A program made the translations under genes and the position numbers. Shown piece by piece: positions 37,262-46,701 of a DNA stretch of 64,000 nt (within the stretch, counting starts at the first letter, position 1; each line of letters opens with the position of its first letter). The stretch spans positions 1,433-65,432 of the forward strand of contig CALRFQ010000002.1 in NCBI GenBank assembly GCA_943356675.1, written 5' to 3'. The stretch comes from Candidatus Nomurabacteria bacterium. GTDB taxonomy: Bacteria > Patescibacteriota > Minisyncoccia > Phycocordibacterales > UBA9973. The notes below the pieces were generated by a model. The model searched no databases, was not told the origin of the DNA, and saw only the letters and a list, made by a program, of their open reading frames with translations.

Positions 37262-39712
37262 ATGGAATTTTCAAAAAGTGATTATCTTTTAAAAATAAAA
37301 GGAATTATAATAAACGATTTAGGAATCAATGCAAATGAATATATTTCATGTTTTTTTGATGAAAATGAACCATATATTGAAATTAAAACTAGTTATGTTA
37401 AATATAAAATTATAATTGATAGGAGTGATTGTGGTTCTAGATATACAACAGAAAATACTAAAATAATAGTTATAGGGTCTAGTTTTTTAGAGCAAGAAGA
37501 TAAGGTTAAGTTTTTCCTAAGAAGGCAGTTTATAGCAGATGAAGAGCTTTTTAACTTATATCTTAAAAGAGGTAAAGAAATTAATCCGCATGAGGCACAA
37601 CATGTTGCCCTTTTAAATTTAGAAAACACTAGAAAAAGTGGGAACAATAAGGCATTAGCAGTACTTGCAACAGGTCTAGGTAAAACGATTTTATCAGCTT
37701 TGGATGTAAAAAATACAAAATCAGATAAAGTATTATTCATTGTTCATATCGATGAAATTTTAAAACAAACAAAGGAATCGTTTGAAATGGTTATGCCAGA
37801 AAGAAAAAATGATATGGGTTTTTTTACTGGAAAACAAAAGGATCGTGATAAAAAAATATTATTTGCCTCGATCCAGACTATTGGTAGGCAGAAACACATT
37901 GAATCATTTTCTCCGAATCATTTTGATTATATAATTATAGATGAAACCCATCACACTGCAGCACCCACATATAAAAAAATTTTTGACTATTTTCACCCTA
38001 ATTTCTTTCTTGGTTTAACAGCAACACCTGATAGAATGGATAAAAAAGATATATTGAATTTCTATGATCATAATGTTGTATTTGAAATGAATCAAGAAGA
38101 TGCAATAGAGCAAGGATATTTAACCCCATTTCAGTATTTGGGATTTAAGGATAATATTAACTATTCAAATATATTTTTTAACGGTTTCAAGTATGATATT
38201 AAGGATTTAAACAAGCATCTACTTATAGATGCACGTGATAATGAAATTATAAAAAAATATAAAGAATCAGCTGGTAATAGAAAAACTATAGGTTTTTGTG
38301 CCTCAATAGAACATGCAGAGAGGTGTGCTAAGAAGTTCAACGAGGCAGGGATAGATGCAATCTCAATTCATTCTAAAAGTGTTGGTCTAGATGGTTTTAA
38401 TGAAAAAGGAGTAAAGACTTTAATAAATCATTTCAGGCAAAATAAATGCCAGATTGTTTTTGTTGTAGATATGTTTAATGAAGGAATTGATATTCCTGAT
38501 GTTTCTTGTTTGTTATTTTTACGACCAACAGAGTCAAAGACAGTTTTTGTTCAACATATGGGTCGTGGTTTAAGAATATCTCCAGGCAAGGAAAATGTTT
38601 TAATTTTAGATTTTATTGGAAACTATCGTACTGCTAATTTAATTATTGAAGGATTGAATTTAAAAAATAATATTAGAGATTTAAAGAAATCAAAAAGGGA
38701 AGGCAAGGATGTATTTGCTTATAGTATTAATAATTGTGAAATAATTTTTGAATCTGAAGTGATAGATATTTTTAAAAATAATGAAGCTGCATATTCAGAA
38801 GAAATAAAAAATGAATTTATCTCAAAAGAGTGGATCGAATATTCTACTTATTTAAATAAATGGACAAAAGATAATTTATATTGGAAAAGGGGACAGCAAA
38901 ATCAATACTTTGAAGTTAACCTTGAGGCTATTAGGGTAATAAAAGATAATCCTAAAATAACAGAAAAAGATTTTATCGAAAAAATACAAGAAATTGTAAA
39001 AGAGAAATACCCCGGCAAAAATATGACTGCTGGATTTCGTGGATTAATGCTTTCAAAAATTAGTGGCTTTATTTCTGCTAATACACCGCTTAAACCAATG
39101 GAACCATTTATGAAAATTTGTGAAAAAACAAAAGATTTTAAAAACATTGAATTATACCGAGATGTTCTTACTTCACAGTTAGAAAAGATATTATATTGGA
39201 ATCCAATTTATGGCTCATATAATAAATACGTTGATTTATCTCATAGGGTGTCTTTTAATGACTTTAAAGTATATCCATTCTTCTTCATCTATGATGTATT
39301 GATTAGTCTTATTGATGACTATGGAGAAACAGAGCCATTTGTTAGTAGATTTGAATTTAATACTTTTATGGCTATCACTAAAGAGCATTCAGAGTCTAAA
39401 GATGTGCTAGAAAGGATCCTTCGTTTTAGGAAAGATGAGGAAATTCATCAAACCAAAAAATTATTAGACAAAAATAACAACATCGACCCGCGTTTTTATG
39501 GGATTGTGCATTATAATAAATATATTGAAAAAACAAAAATAGGTATAAAAATCAAGGACAAATACGTGGACGAGGTAAGAGAAAAAGTAAAAAAATTTAA
39601 AGAGCTTTACAATTCAGGTAAACTTATTTTCTATAAGGAAAATGACCAAGAATTATATGAAAATATGCTATACTCTAATCAAGATTTAATAAATTATTGC
39701 ACAGAGAAATAG
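37262..39712 (+). CDS. SF2 helicase (ResIII/DEAD-like core) with about 110-aa N-terminal and about 340-aa C-terminal domains of unknown function
   Basis: Motif I ATGLGKT, motif II IIDETHH, motif III LGLTATPDR, motif V VVDMFNEGIDIPDV and motif VI QHMGRGLR. The C-terminal extension may be DUF3427-like; I cannot verify that without a search. Confidence 0.75.
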   Translation: MEFSKSDYLLKIKGIIINDLGINANEYISCFFDENEPYIEIKTSYVKYKIIIDRSDCGSRYTTENTKIIVIGSSFLEQEDKVKFFLRRQFIADEELFNLYLKRGKEINPHEAQHVALLNLENTRKSGNNKALAVLATGLGKTILSALDVKNTKSDKVLFIVHIDEILKQTKESFEMVMPERKNDMGFFTGKQKDRDKKILFASIQTIGRQKHIESFSPNHFDYIIIDETHHTAAPTYKKIFDYFHPNFFLGLTATPDRMDKKDILNFYDHNVVFEMNQEDAIEQGYLTPFQYLGFKDNINYSNIFFNGFKYDIKDLNKHLLIDARDNEIIKKYKESAGNRKTIGFCASIEHAERCAKKFNEAGIDAISIHSKSVGLDGFNEKGVKTLINHFRQNKCQIVFVVDMFNEGIDIPDVSCLLFLRPTESKTVFVQHMGRGLRISPGKENVLILDFIGNYRTANLIIEGLNLKNNIRDLKKSKREGKDVFAYSINNCEIIFESEVIDIFKNNEAAYSEEIKNEFISKEWIEYSTYLNKWTKDNLYWKRGQQNQYFEVNLEAIRVIKDNPKITEKDFIEKIQEIVKEKYPGKNMTAGFRGLMLSKISGFISANTPLKPMEPFMKICEKTKDFKNIELYRDVLTSQLEKILYWNPIYGSYNKYVDLSHRVSFNDFKVYPFFFIYDVLISLIDDYGETEPFVSRFEFNTFMAITKEHSESKDVLERILRFRKDEEIHQTKKLLDKNNNIDPRFYGIVHYNKYIEKTKIGIKIKDKYVDEVREKVKKFKELYNSGKLIFYKENDQELYENMLYSNQDLINYCTEK

Positions 39713-39740
39713 ATAATTTATATATCTTAAATTTATTTTC

Positions 39741-41330
39741 ATGAAAAAAATCATTAAAAACATATCAGCTGAATCGCATCCTTCTCATTATATGATGCAT
39801 AAATATTGGGGACGAAAGCCACACAATGTTGTGAGTGATTATATTTTAAATTACACAAAACCAGGGGATGTGGTCCTTGACCCATTTATGGGTAGTGGTG
39901 TTGTTGTGATTGAATCCCTAAAGCATAATCGTAAAGCAATCGGGATAGACCTAAACCCGATGGCTTGTTTTATTACGGAAAACACAATCAATAAAGTTGA
40001 TCTTGAAGACTTTGAAAAAACTTTTTTTCAGATCTACGAGCATAATTACAAAAAATTTATCGATTTATATGATACGAAATGTCCAAAGTGTGAACATCAT
40101 GTACCATTTGAAAACTCAATCTGGGACCTCGACGAATTTGTAAAAGTTAGAGCAATTTGTCCTATACACGGTAAATTTATAAAAAAAACAGATTCATACG
40201 ATCAAAAAGTTTTAAAAAAATCCTTAGAAACTTTCCATAAACTCGACAAAGAAAATAAAATATTCTATCCAAAAGATGAGATTCTAAAATTCGTAAAAAG
40301 AAATGGTAAGAGTAGGCTCGATGAGTTTTTTTCAGAGAGAGCGCTTTCTGTGCTTGGCTCAATAATAAAAGATATAGATACTGTTGAAAATCCTGAGACA
40401 AAGAGTCTTCTTCTTTTATGTTTTACTTCTATGTTGCCAAACGTATCAAAAATGATTCCTGGCAATACTGAGTCTGTGAACGGTAAATCAGGATGGGTAA
40501 TAAGCAAACTATGGGCTCCAAAAGTGCACACTGAAAAGAATGTTTTTAATAGTTTCAAACACAGATTTACAAAAGTTAAAAAAGGAAAACAAGAATTAGT
40601 TGGAGTTTTTGAGTCAAAGAACGCTAAAATATTAAATATTGACGCAACAAATCTTAGCGCAGTTAAATCTGAATCAGTAGATTATATTTTTACTGACCCT
40701 CCTTATGGAGACAGTATTGCTTATTTTGGACTCAGTATGTTTTGGAATGGATGGCTTAAAAACAAAGTCAATTATGAAAGCGAGATTATATATGACCCAT
40801 ATCGTAATAAAAAATACGAGGATTATTCTTCACGAATGAAAAAAGTATACTCCGAATTATTCAGGGTTTTGAAGGATGAAAAATATCTTTCTTTCACTTT
40901 CCATAATAGAAACTTAAATATCTGGAAAGCAGTAATGGATGCTGTTACTGGTGGTGGGTTTCATCTTGTGAATTTGGTCTATCAAGAGCAGGCTGTTGCG
41001 TCAGGGACACAAGGCTTAAACCGAAATAACACCCTGCGTGGAGACTTTGTATACAACTTCACTAAGAATACAAAAATAAAAACTATCGATAAGATATATG
41101 ACCATATGGATAGTAAAAAAGAGATCGTAAAAAAAGTTCAGTTGTGGATACAAAAAAATGATGGTTTTATAACCTCGGATTCTTTATACGAGAAACTTAT
41201 TCCATTTATTGTTGAAAAAAATTTGTACAGCGACGAAGATGGACAGGTCATGAACATTGAAGGCTTACTCAAGCAGAGTTTTAATTATAAGCAACTCCAC
41301 ACAGAAGAATATGGCTGGCAAGAAAAATAA
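39741..41330 (+). CDS. DNA amino-methyltransferase (N6-adenine or N4-cytosine) with internal Cys4 zinc-ribbon
   Basis: N-terminal HPSHYMMHKYWGRKP (motif X-like) and DPFMGSGVV (motif I, FxGxG). TDPPYGD (motif IV) lies about 270 aa downstream. CPKCEHH...CPIHG sits in the intervening target-recognition region. Confidence 0.75.
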   Translation: MKKIIKNISAESHPSHYMMHKYWGRKPHNVVSDYILNYTKPGDVVLDPFMGSGVVVIESLKHNRKAIGIDLNPMACFITENTINKVDLEDFEKTFFQIYEHNYKKFIDLYDTKCPKCEHHVPFENSIWDLDEFVKVRAICPIHGKFIKKTDSYDQKVLKKSLETFHKLDKENKIFYPKDEILKFVKRNGKSRLDEFFSERALSVLGSIIKDIDTVENPETKSLLLLCFTSMLPNVSKMIPGNTESVNGKSGWVISKLWAPKVHTEKNVFNSFKHRFTKVKKGKQELVGVFESKNAKILNIDATNLSAVKSESVDYIFTDPPYGDSIAYFGLSMFWNGWLKNKVNYESEIIYDPYRNKKYEDYSSRMKKVYSELFRVLKDEKYLSFTFHNRNLNIWKAVMDAVTGGGFHLVNLVYQEQAVASGTQGLNRNNTLRGDFVYNFTKNTKIKTIDKIYDHMDSKKEIVKKVQLWIQKNDGFITSDSLYEKLIPFIVEKNLYSDEDGQVMNIEGLLKQSFNYKQLHTEEYGWQEK

Positions 41331-42435
41331 ACTAAAAATTATAGACCTATTCGCGGGGGTGGGAGGCATCTCATCTGGCTTTAAAAAGGCTGGTTTTAAT
41401 GTTGTGTCAGCGAACGAGTATAAATTTGAGATTGCGAACACTTATATTAAAAATCATCCAGGTACAAAGATGATTGTCGAGGATATAACGAAAGTGAAGT
41501 CAAAGGATTTGCTTAACGGAGAGCATAATATTGATGTGATTGTTGGTGGTCCACCATGCCAAGGGTTCAGTATGGCTGGTAGGCGTATACGAGGAGGAGG
41601 GGGTGCATTCCTAAAGGACCCTCGCAATGAACTCTTTAAAGAATTTATACGGATAGTAAAGGAGATTAAGCCAAAGGTATTTGTAATGGAAAATGTAGCA
41701 GCAATGCTTAATATACACGGTGGTGCTGTTCGAAATGAGATAATCAAGAAATTTAAGGAAATAGGATATGAGACAAAAGTTCATGTTCTTCTTGCAGCAG
41801 AATACGGAGTACCTCAGATGAGAAAGCGTGCCGTATTCATTGGAAACAGAATAGGAGTAGACCCTGAAGAATTCTTCCCAGAAAAAACTCACGGTCCCAA
41901 GAATGCAAAACCATATGTAACCGTGGCCGAAACCATTCTTGACTTACCGAAAGTGCTATCAGGAGAAGGAGAGTTTGAATCAGAATACGGTCCGGTTAAA
42001 GCACTTTCTGAGTATCAACAGGAAAGACGTGGAAAGAGCGAAAAATTATACAACCATCAAGCTACTCACCACGATCCACGCATTGTCGAATTACTCAAAA
42101 ATATCAAGGAAGGAGAGGGTAGAACAAGCTTACCGAAGGAGCTACAGACGAAATCGGTGCATAGTGGCGCGTTTGGTAGAATGAATAGAAACAAGCCCGC
42201 ATATACGATCACAACGCGTTTTGACACCCCTTCCGTTGGTCGTGTAACTCATCCATCACAGCACCGGGCTTTAACTCCACGAGAGGCTGCGCGAATCCAG
42301 TCCTTCGATGATGATTTTGTATTTTATGGTAGCAAGAGTTCCGTTGGGATACAGATAGGAAATTCTGTACCTCCATTATTAGCCTATGCGATTGCTCAAA
42401 AAATTTTAAAAGTTTTAAATAAAAATCATGATTAA
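41314..42435 (+). CDS. DNA (cytosine-5)-methyltransferase
   Basis: Motif I IDLFAGVGG, motif IV GGPPCQGFS, motif VI ENV, and C-terminal QIGNSVPP. The start at MAGKKNKLKIIDLFAG overlaps the upstream gene's end (coupled). Confidence 0.85.
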   Translation, partial: AGKKNKLKIIDLFAGVGGISSGFKKAGFNVVSANEYKFEIANTYIKNHPGTKMIVEDITKVKSKDLLNGEHNIDVIVGGPPCQGFSMAGRRIRGGGGAFLKDPRNELFKEFIRIVKEIKPKVFVMENVAAMLNIHGGAVRNEIIKKFKEIGYETKVHVLLAAEYGVPQMRKRAVFIGNRIGVDPEEFFPEKTHGPKNAKPYVTVAETILDLPKVLSGEGEFESEYGPVKALSEYQQERRGKSEKLYNHQATHHDPRIVELLKNIKEGEGRTSLPKELQTKSVHSGAFGRMNRNKPAYTITTRFDTPSVGRVTHPSQHRALTPREAARIQSFDDDFVFYGSKSSVGIQIGNSVPPLLAYAIAQKILKVLNKNHD

Positions 42436-43780
42436 TGACTATAAAAAATATTTAGAAGGGAAAGGCACTAAAAACTTTTGGAAAAAAGCAAAGCAAAAGG
42501 AATACACTAGAGATGTTGTAAATAAGATTTACAAGGAATTGACGTCTGGTTTTAGTAAATTAACAACTCGTAGCAGCATTACTTTACGATACTTAGGTTT
42601 AATAATTAATCTAGGCGGAGACAAGCTTCAAATCTCAAATGCGGGAGATACTTTTCTAAAATCATTATACAAACAAAAAATTCTTGACGAGCAGGTCATG
42701 AAAGTTTATCTAGATTGCCCTGAATTAAATGAAAATCTTTCAATAAAGATTGCGCCAATGGAGGTTCTTTTGAAGATTCTTTATTCGGTAGACTATGTTT
42801 CATTTGAGGAGTATCAATTATTTGTATGTTGGACGAATGATAAGAGCGAAATATCTCTTGTTATTGATTTAATTGAGGAATATAGAAATAGTGATTCAAA
42901 AGAGTCTTATTTAGAAATTTTAAAAGATAAAAGTCAAGAATTAAGTATCGTAGACTTCGCCGATGCTGTAAAAAGATTTTTTAATACACTGATTATTTCT
43001 TCATATATTCAAAAAGAAAGTGACAAGATCATCCCAAAACTTTCAAAGAAAGATATTGAATTAATATTAGAAAGTTTTTCTTTGAGAGATTTTAGCGAGG
43101 AGGGATACTTTGATTATTTAAATACGAATGATGGATGGCAAATTTACACAAGTAATCCTAATTATTTAAGAGTTATAGAGAGTTTAGAGCAAAAAACAAC
43201 GGAAGAACAAGAAGAAATTGTAAATAAAATAACTGGAGGATTAAGTTTTCCAGATCTTTCTAAAGTTAAACCACAGATATTAGAAATGCAGATTGATGAA
43301 AGCATTGAACCAACAATAAAAACAAAAAGGGTAAAAAGTGGTACAGCAAAAAAAATCGATTTTGAATTAAGAGATAGTAATAATCGGGCAGCAGGTGATT
43401 TTGCAGAGAAGATAGTTATCAAACATGAAATCGAAGAATTAAAAGAAACAAACCCTGAGCTTATTAATCGTATTAAACAAGTGTCCTTAGAAGATGATAC
43501 ATTAGGATACGATATCTTATCTTTAACGTCAGATTCATATGAAAAACACATTGAAGTGAAAGCTGTAAGATATAGACCAGCAATAAAATTTAGATTTTTT
43601 ATTTCCGAAAATGAAGTATCGATTGCAAAAGAAGATCCTAATTATTATCTATATATTGTTTTTGATTATTTGTCGGAATCACCTTTTATTTATATGATGC
43701 CTAATCCTTTCATGAATAAAATTCCTGGAGTACAGATCGACCCAATAAAATATCTTGTGACAGTAAAAATTAAAAAATAA
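42428..43780 (+). CDS. hypothetical protein with C-terminal DUF3883-like (PD-(D/E)xK-type) nuclease domain
   Basis: The C-terminal 130 aa carry AAGDFAEKIVIKHE...GYDILSL...IEVKAV...FFISENEVSIAKEDPNYYLYIV, matching my recollection of the DUF3883 core (GYDI...IEVK). The N-terminal 300 aa are unassigned. Its start overlaps the upstream gene's stop. Confidence 0.5.
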   Translation: MINDYKKYLEGKGTKNFWKKAKQKEYTRDVVNKIYKELTSGFSKLTTRSSITLRYLGLIINLGGDKLQISNAGDTFLKSLYKQKILDEQVMKVYLDCPELNENLSIKIAPMEVLLKILYSVDYVSFEEYQLFVCWTNDKSEISLVIDLIEEYRNSDSKESYLEILKDKSQELSIVDFADAVKRFFNTLIISSYIQKESDKIIPKLSKKDIELILESFSLRDFSEEGYFDYLNTNDGWQIYTSNPNYLRVIESLEQKTTEEQEEIVNKITGGLSFPDLSKVKPQILEMQIDESIEPTIKTKRVKSGTAKKIDFELRDSNNRAAGDFAEKIVIKHEIEELKETNPELINRIKQVSLEDDTLGYDILSLTSDSYEKHIEVKAVRYRPAIKFRFFISENEVSIAKEDPNYYLYIVFDYLSESPFIYMMPNPFMNKIPGVQIDPIKYLVTVKIKK

Positions 43781-43785
43781 ATTTT

Positions 43786-44640
43786 ATGGAAAATATAAGT
43801 AAAAAAATAACATTATTTTTAAATGATGGATTACCAAAAGGTATTCGTGAAGTATCTATTGATCAATGGAGTGGTGGGGCAATTTGTGGACCAAGAAATA
43901 AAATTGAGGAAATTTTAAAATTTGAACAGTTGAATGGTCCTTGCGTTTATTTTTTAATTGGTGAATCTGATGAAAGTGACTTATTGAATGTATATGTGGG
44001 TGAAGCTGACTCATTTAGTCAAAGAGTTAAAGATCATTTAAGAAAAAAAGATTGGTGGCAGAACGTGGTGGTCTTTTTTGGTTATAATAATAACCCAAGT
44101 AAGACTGGTATTGAATATCTCGAGTCTTTTATCTACTCAGATTTAATAAATGCAGCTAGGTGTATTTTGGAGAATGGAAATAAGCCCGCTCTGCCCAATA
44201 TATCTAAACATGACATACCTGGACTGCATATATTTTATGAAAATATTAAATTAATTATGCCAGTTATGGGTTTTGATATTTTTGCAGTAGATATAAAAGA
44301 AGATAAAATAAATGAAAGCCAACATATTTTTTGTGAAGGTAAAGGTTCAAAATCTGAAGCTATTCTTTTGGATGATGGGAAGGTTCTTGTTTTAAAAGGT
44401 TCAACTGCAATAAAAGAAAATGCTCCAAGTTTTGAAAAACATAATTATAAAAAAATCAAAGATAATTTATTAAAAATTGATAGACTTGTTGAGGTTGGTG
44501 ATTATCTATCTTTTTCAGAAGATTATCTTTTTGATAGTTTAAGCGCCGCCGCTGCGGTAATATTAGCAAGGTCTGCACAAGGGCCAAAAGAGTGGAAATT
44601 TAAGACTGGTAAGTCTGTTAAAGATTTTATCGAGAATTAA
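43786..44640 (+). CDS. GIY-YIG-like nuclease domain protein with DUF4357-like C-terminal domain
   Basis: N-terminal CVYFLIGESD...LNVYVGEADSFSQRVKDHL resembles a GIY-YIG core. The C-terminal VLVLKGS...SAAAAVILARSAQGPKEWK resembles DUF4357. Confidence 0.5.
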   Translation: MENISKKITLFLNDGLPKGIREVSIDQWSGGAICGPRNKIEEILKFEQLNGPCVYFLIGESDESDLLNVYVGEADSFSQRVKDHLRKKDWWQNVVVFFGYNNNPSKTGIEYLESFIYSDLINAARCILENGNKPALPNISKHDIPGLHIFYENIKLIMPVMGFDIFAVDIKEDKINESQHIFCEGKGSKSEAILLDDGKVLVLKGSTAIKENAPSFEKHNYKKIKDNLLKIDRLVEVGDYLSFSEDYLFDSLSAAAAVILARSAQGPKEWKFKTGKSVKDFIEN

Positions 44641-46221
44641 ATGAAACTTCTAACCAAAACAGATTTTATACTATATCGTGAATGTCCGAATAATGTTTGG
44701 GTTAAAATTCATATGCCCGAGGAGTATTCTAAATTCCCAGTATCAGATTTTGAAAAGTCTTTAGGGGTAATGGGTAACGAGGTTGAAGAGCTTGCTCGGG
44801 GTATGTTCCCAGGTGGAGTCATGGTAGCGGGTCGCGGAGACGAGGCTCGTGAATATACAAAGAAGTTGATTGCCGAGAAAGCTCCTGTGATTTTCCAAGC
44901 TGTGTGTGCTACGGATAAATACTTGGCTGCGGGTGATGTCTTGGTCTGGAATACTGATGCCTGCATGTATGACTTGTATGAAATAAAAATGTCTTCAACT
45001 AAGGAAGAGAATGACGATGAAGAAGAGGAAGGCAAACCAAAAAAGGTAAATAAGAAAAAGGAATTGCAATACGAATACGATATTGCTTTCCAAACCAATG
45101 TATTTTCTATGTGTGGTGTACCATTGAATAATAAATATCTTGTCCGACTAAATAAAGAATATATTAAAATAGGTAATTTGGATTTTTCAGAAAATAAACT
45201 TTTTATCATAGAAGACAAAACTGAGTCAATAAATGAGATGATAGAAAATGTAAAATTTGAAATGGGTCAAGCTTTTGAGTATCTTTCTCACGATGCAATT
45301 CCAAGTGGTCATTGTCCTTGCTATTACAAAGGGCGTAGCTCTCATTGCACAACTTTTACTTTTACGAACCCTGATGTGCCAGCATATAGCGTGCATGATT
45401 TGAATAGAATTGGTAATAGTAAAGCTTATTTGAAAGAACTTCTTGATGCAAATATTTTAACAATAGATAATGTAATTGAGTCTGAAATACCAAAACCTTC
45501 AAAAACAAAAGACGGAAGACCTGGTAAACCAAGAAAGTTGAACCAAGTAGTAATTCACAAGTCTAAAGAGCCCATTATTGATCTTGATGCGATAAAAGCT
45601 GAATTAAATTCTTTAACATTTCCGCTTTATTTCCTGGATTACGAGACGTATCCAACGGCTATACCAGTTTTTGATGGATATCATCCTTATCAGCACATCG
45701 TATTTCAATATTCTATTCATGTACTCAAAGATAAGGATGCCGAATTAGAACATTATGAAATGCTTGTTTTAGAAGGGGATCCAGCGGAGAAAATTGTCGC
45801 CGGTTTGAGGGAAGTCATAGGTGACACAGGTAGTGTAATATCTTGGTACAAAGCATTTGAAAATGCGAGAAATAGAGAACTGTCCCGTTTGGTTCCACTT
45901 CAATTTGAATTCTTGCAAAGTGTGATAAGTAGAACTTATGATCTGATGGATATTGTAGAACAACAGTATTATGTCCATCACGGTTTTAAGGGTAGCTCGT
46001 CGATCAAAAAGGTGCAACCTATTTTAGCCCCAGAATTTTCATACAAGGATTTGGATGTTCAGAGTGGAACTGATGCAATAGAATCGTATCGGCAAATAGC
46101 ACAAGGGGAATTGGATGGTAAAGATTTGGAGGAAAAGAAAAGGCAAATGCTGAAATACTGTGGTTATGATACTGAGATAATGTATATCTTGTGGAAATTT
46201 TTTACAGACTTAGTTAAATAA
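44641..46221 (+). CDS. DUF2779-like protein (Cas4/RecB-like N-terminal nuclease fold with Cys cluster, plus RNase-H-like C-terminal region)
   Basis: FILYRECPNNVW start, Cys cluster HCPCYYKGRSSHC, and central LYFLDYETYPTAIPVFDGYHPYQHIVFQYSIH block. Its start follows the upstream stop with no gap. Confidence 0.55.
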   Translation: MKLLTKTDFILYRECPNNVWVKIHMPEEYSKFPVSDFEKSLGVMGNEVEELARGMFPGGVMVAGRGDEAREYTKKLIAEKAPVIFQAVCATDKYLAAGDVLVWNTDACMYDLYEIKMSSTKEENDDEEEEGKPKKVNKKKELQYEYDIAFQTNVFSMCGVPLNNKYLVRLNKEYIKIGNLDFSENKLFIIEDKTESINEMIENVKFEMGQAFEYLSHDAIPSGHCPCYYKGRSSHCTTFTFTNPDVPAYSVHDLNRIGNSKAYLKELLDANILTIDNVIESEIPKPSKTKDGRPGKPRKLNQVVIHKSKEPIIDLDAIKAELNSLTFPLYFLDYETYPTAIPVFDGYHPYQHIVFQYSIHVLKDKDAELEHYEMLVLEGDPAEKIVAGLREVIGDTGSVISWYKAFENARNRELSRLVPLQFEFLQSVISRTYDLMDIVEQQYYVHHGFKGSSSIKKVQPILAPEFSYKDLDVQSGTDAIESYRQIAQGELDGKDLEEKKRQMLKYCGYDTEIMYILWKFFTDLVK

Positions 46222-46265
46222 CCTATGAATATTCAGTAAAGATGCTATAATAGAAACGTGCGACA

Positions 46266-46395
46266 ATTTAATAGTTTATATTAAGAGTGGTGGTAGAGAA
46301 TTGGCTCAATGACCCCACAGCAACCTGCATTTGTAAGGTGCTAAATCCAACCAGACGCGAAAGCGTCAGGAAAGATAAGTCTTGCGTCTAGTCCA
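46266..46395 (+). promoter_or_regulatory. second SAM-I-like riboswitch copy (core near-identical to the metK leader) with its own TGCTATAAT promoter at about 46243-46251
   Basis: AGAGTGGTGGTAGAGAATTGGCTCAATGACCCCACAGCAACC...GGTGCTAAATCCAACC differs from the metK copy by 1 nt over 42 nt. It is followed by a GACGC-GAAA-GCGTC hairpin. I could not unambiguously pair the P1 3' strand. Confidence 0.45.
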
Positions 46396-46437
46396 CGCTT
46401 GAAAATCTTTCCTCATTATTTGAGGAATTTTTTATTT

Positions 46438-46701
46438 ATGGAAATAATTAAAAAGGAGATAAAGTTGTGCGTAGTTTGTAATAATTTTAGGGGATTGGTT
46501 GAAGAGAGGTATAATGGAGAGGTTCCAGTACATTGTGCTTGTGATCTAGAGAAAGAAAGGATGAATTATGGTAAATGGCGTAGTCCTTGCATGATAAGTC
46601 CTAATGGGGATAAGCTTTGGTGGACGCCTATTTCAGATCATAAAAAGGCCGATGGTAGATGGTATCATGTCGCATACTTCGCCAGACCCGCATTAAATTA
46701 A
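46438..46701 (+). CDS. small Cys-rich hypothetical protein (87 aa) downstream of riboswitch copy 2
   Basis: Start taken at MEIIKKEIK, preceded by GAGGAA 8 nt upstream; the ORF track gives 46399. Contains CVVC...HCAC and WW motifs. No family recognised. Confidence 0.35.
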   Translation: MEIIKKEIKLCVVCNNFRGLVEERYNGEVPVHCACDLEKERMNYGKWRSPCMISPNGDKLWWTPISDHKKADGRWYHVAYFARPALN

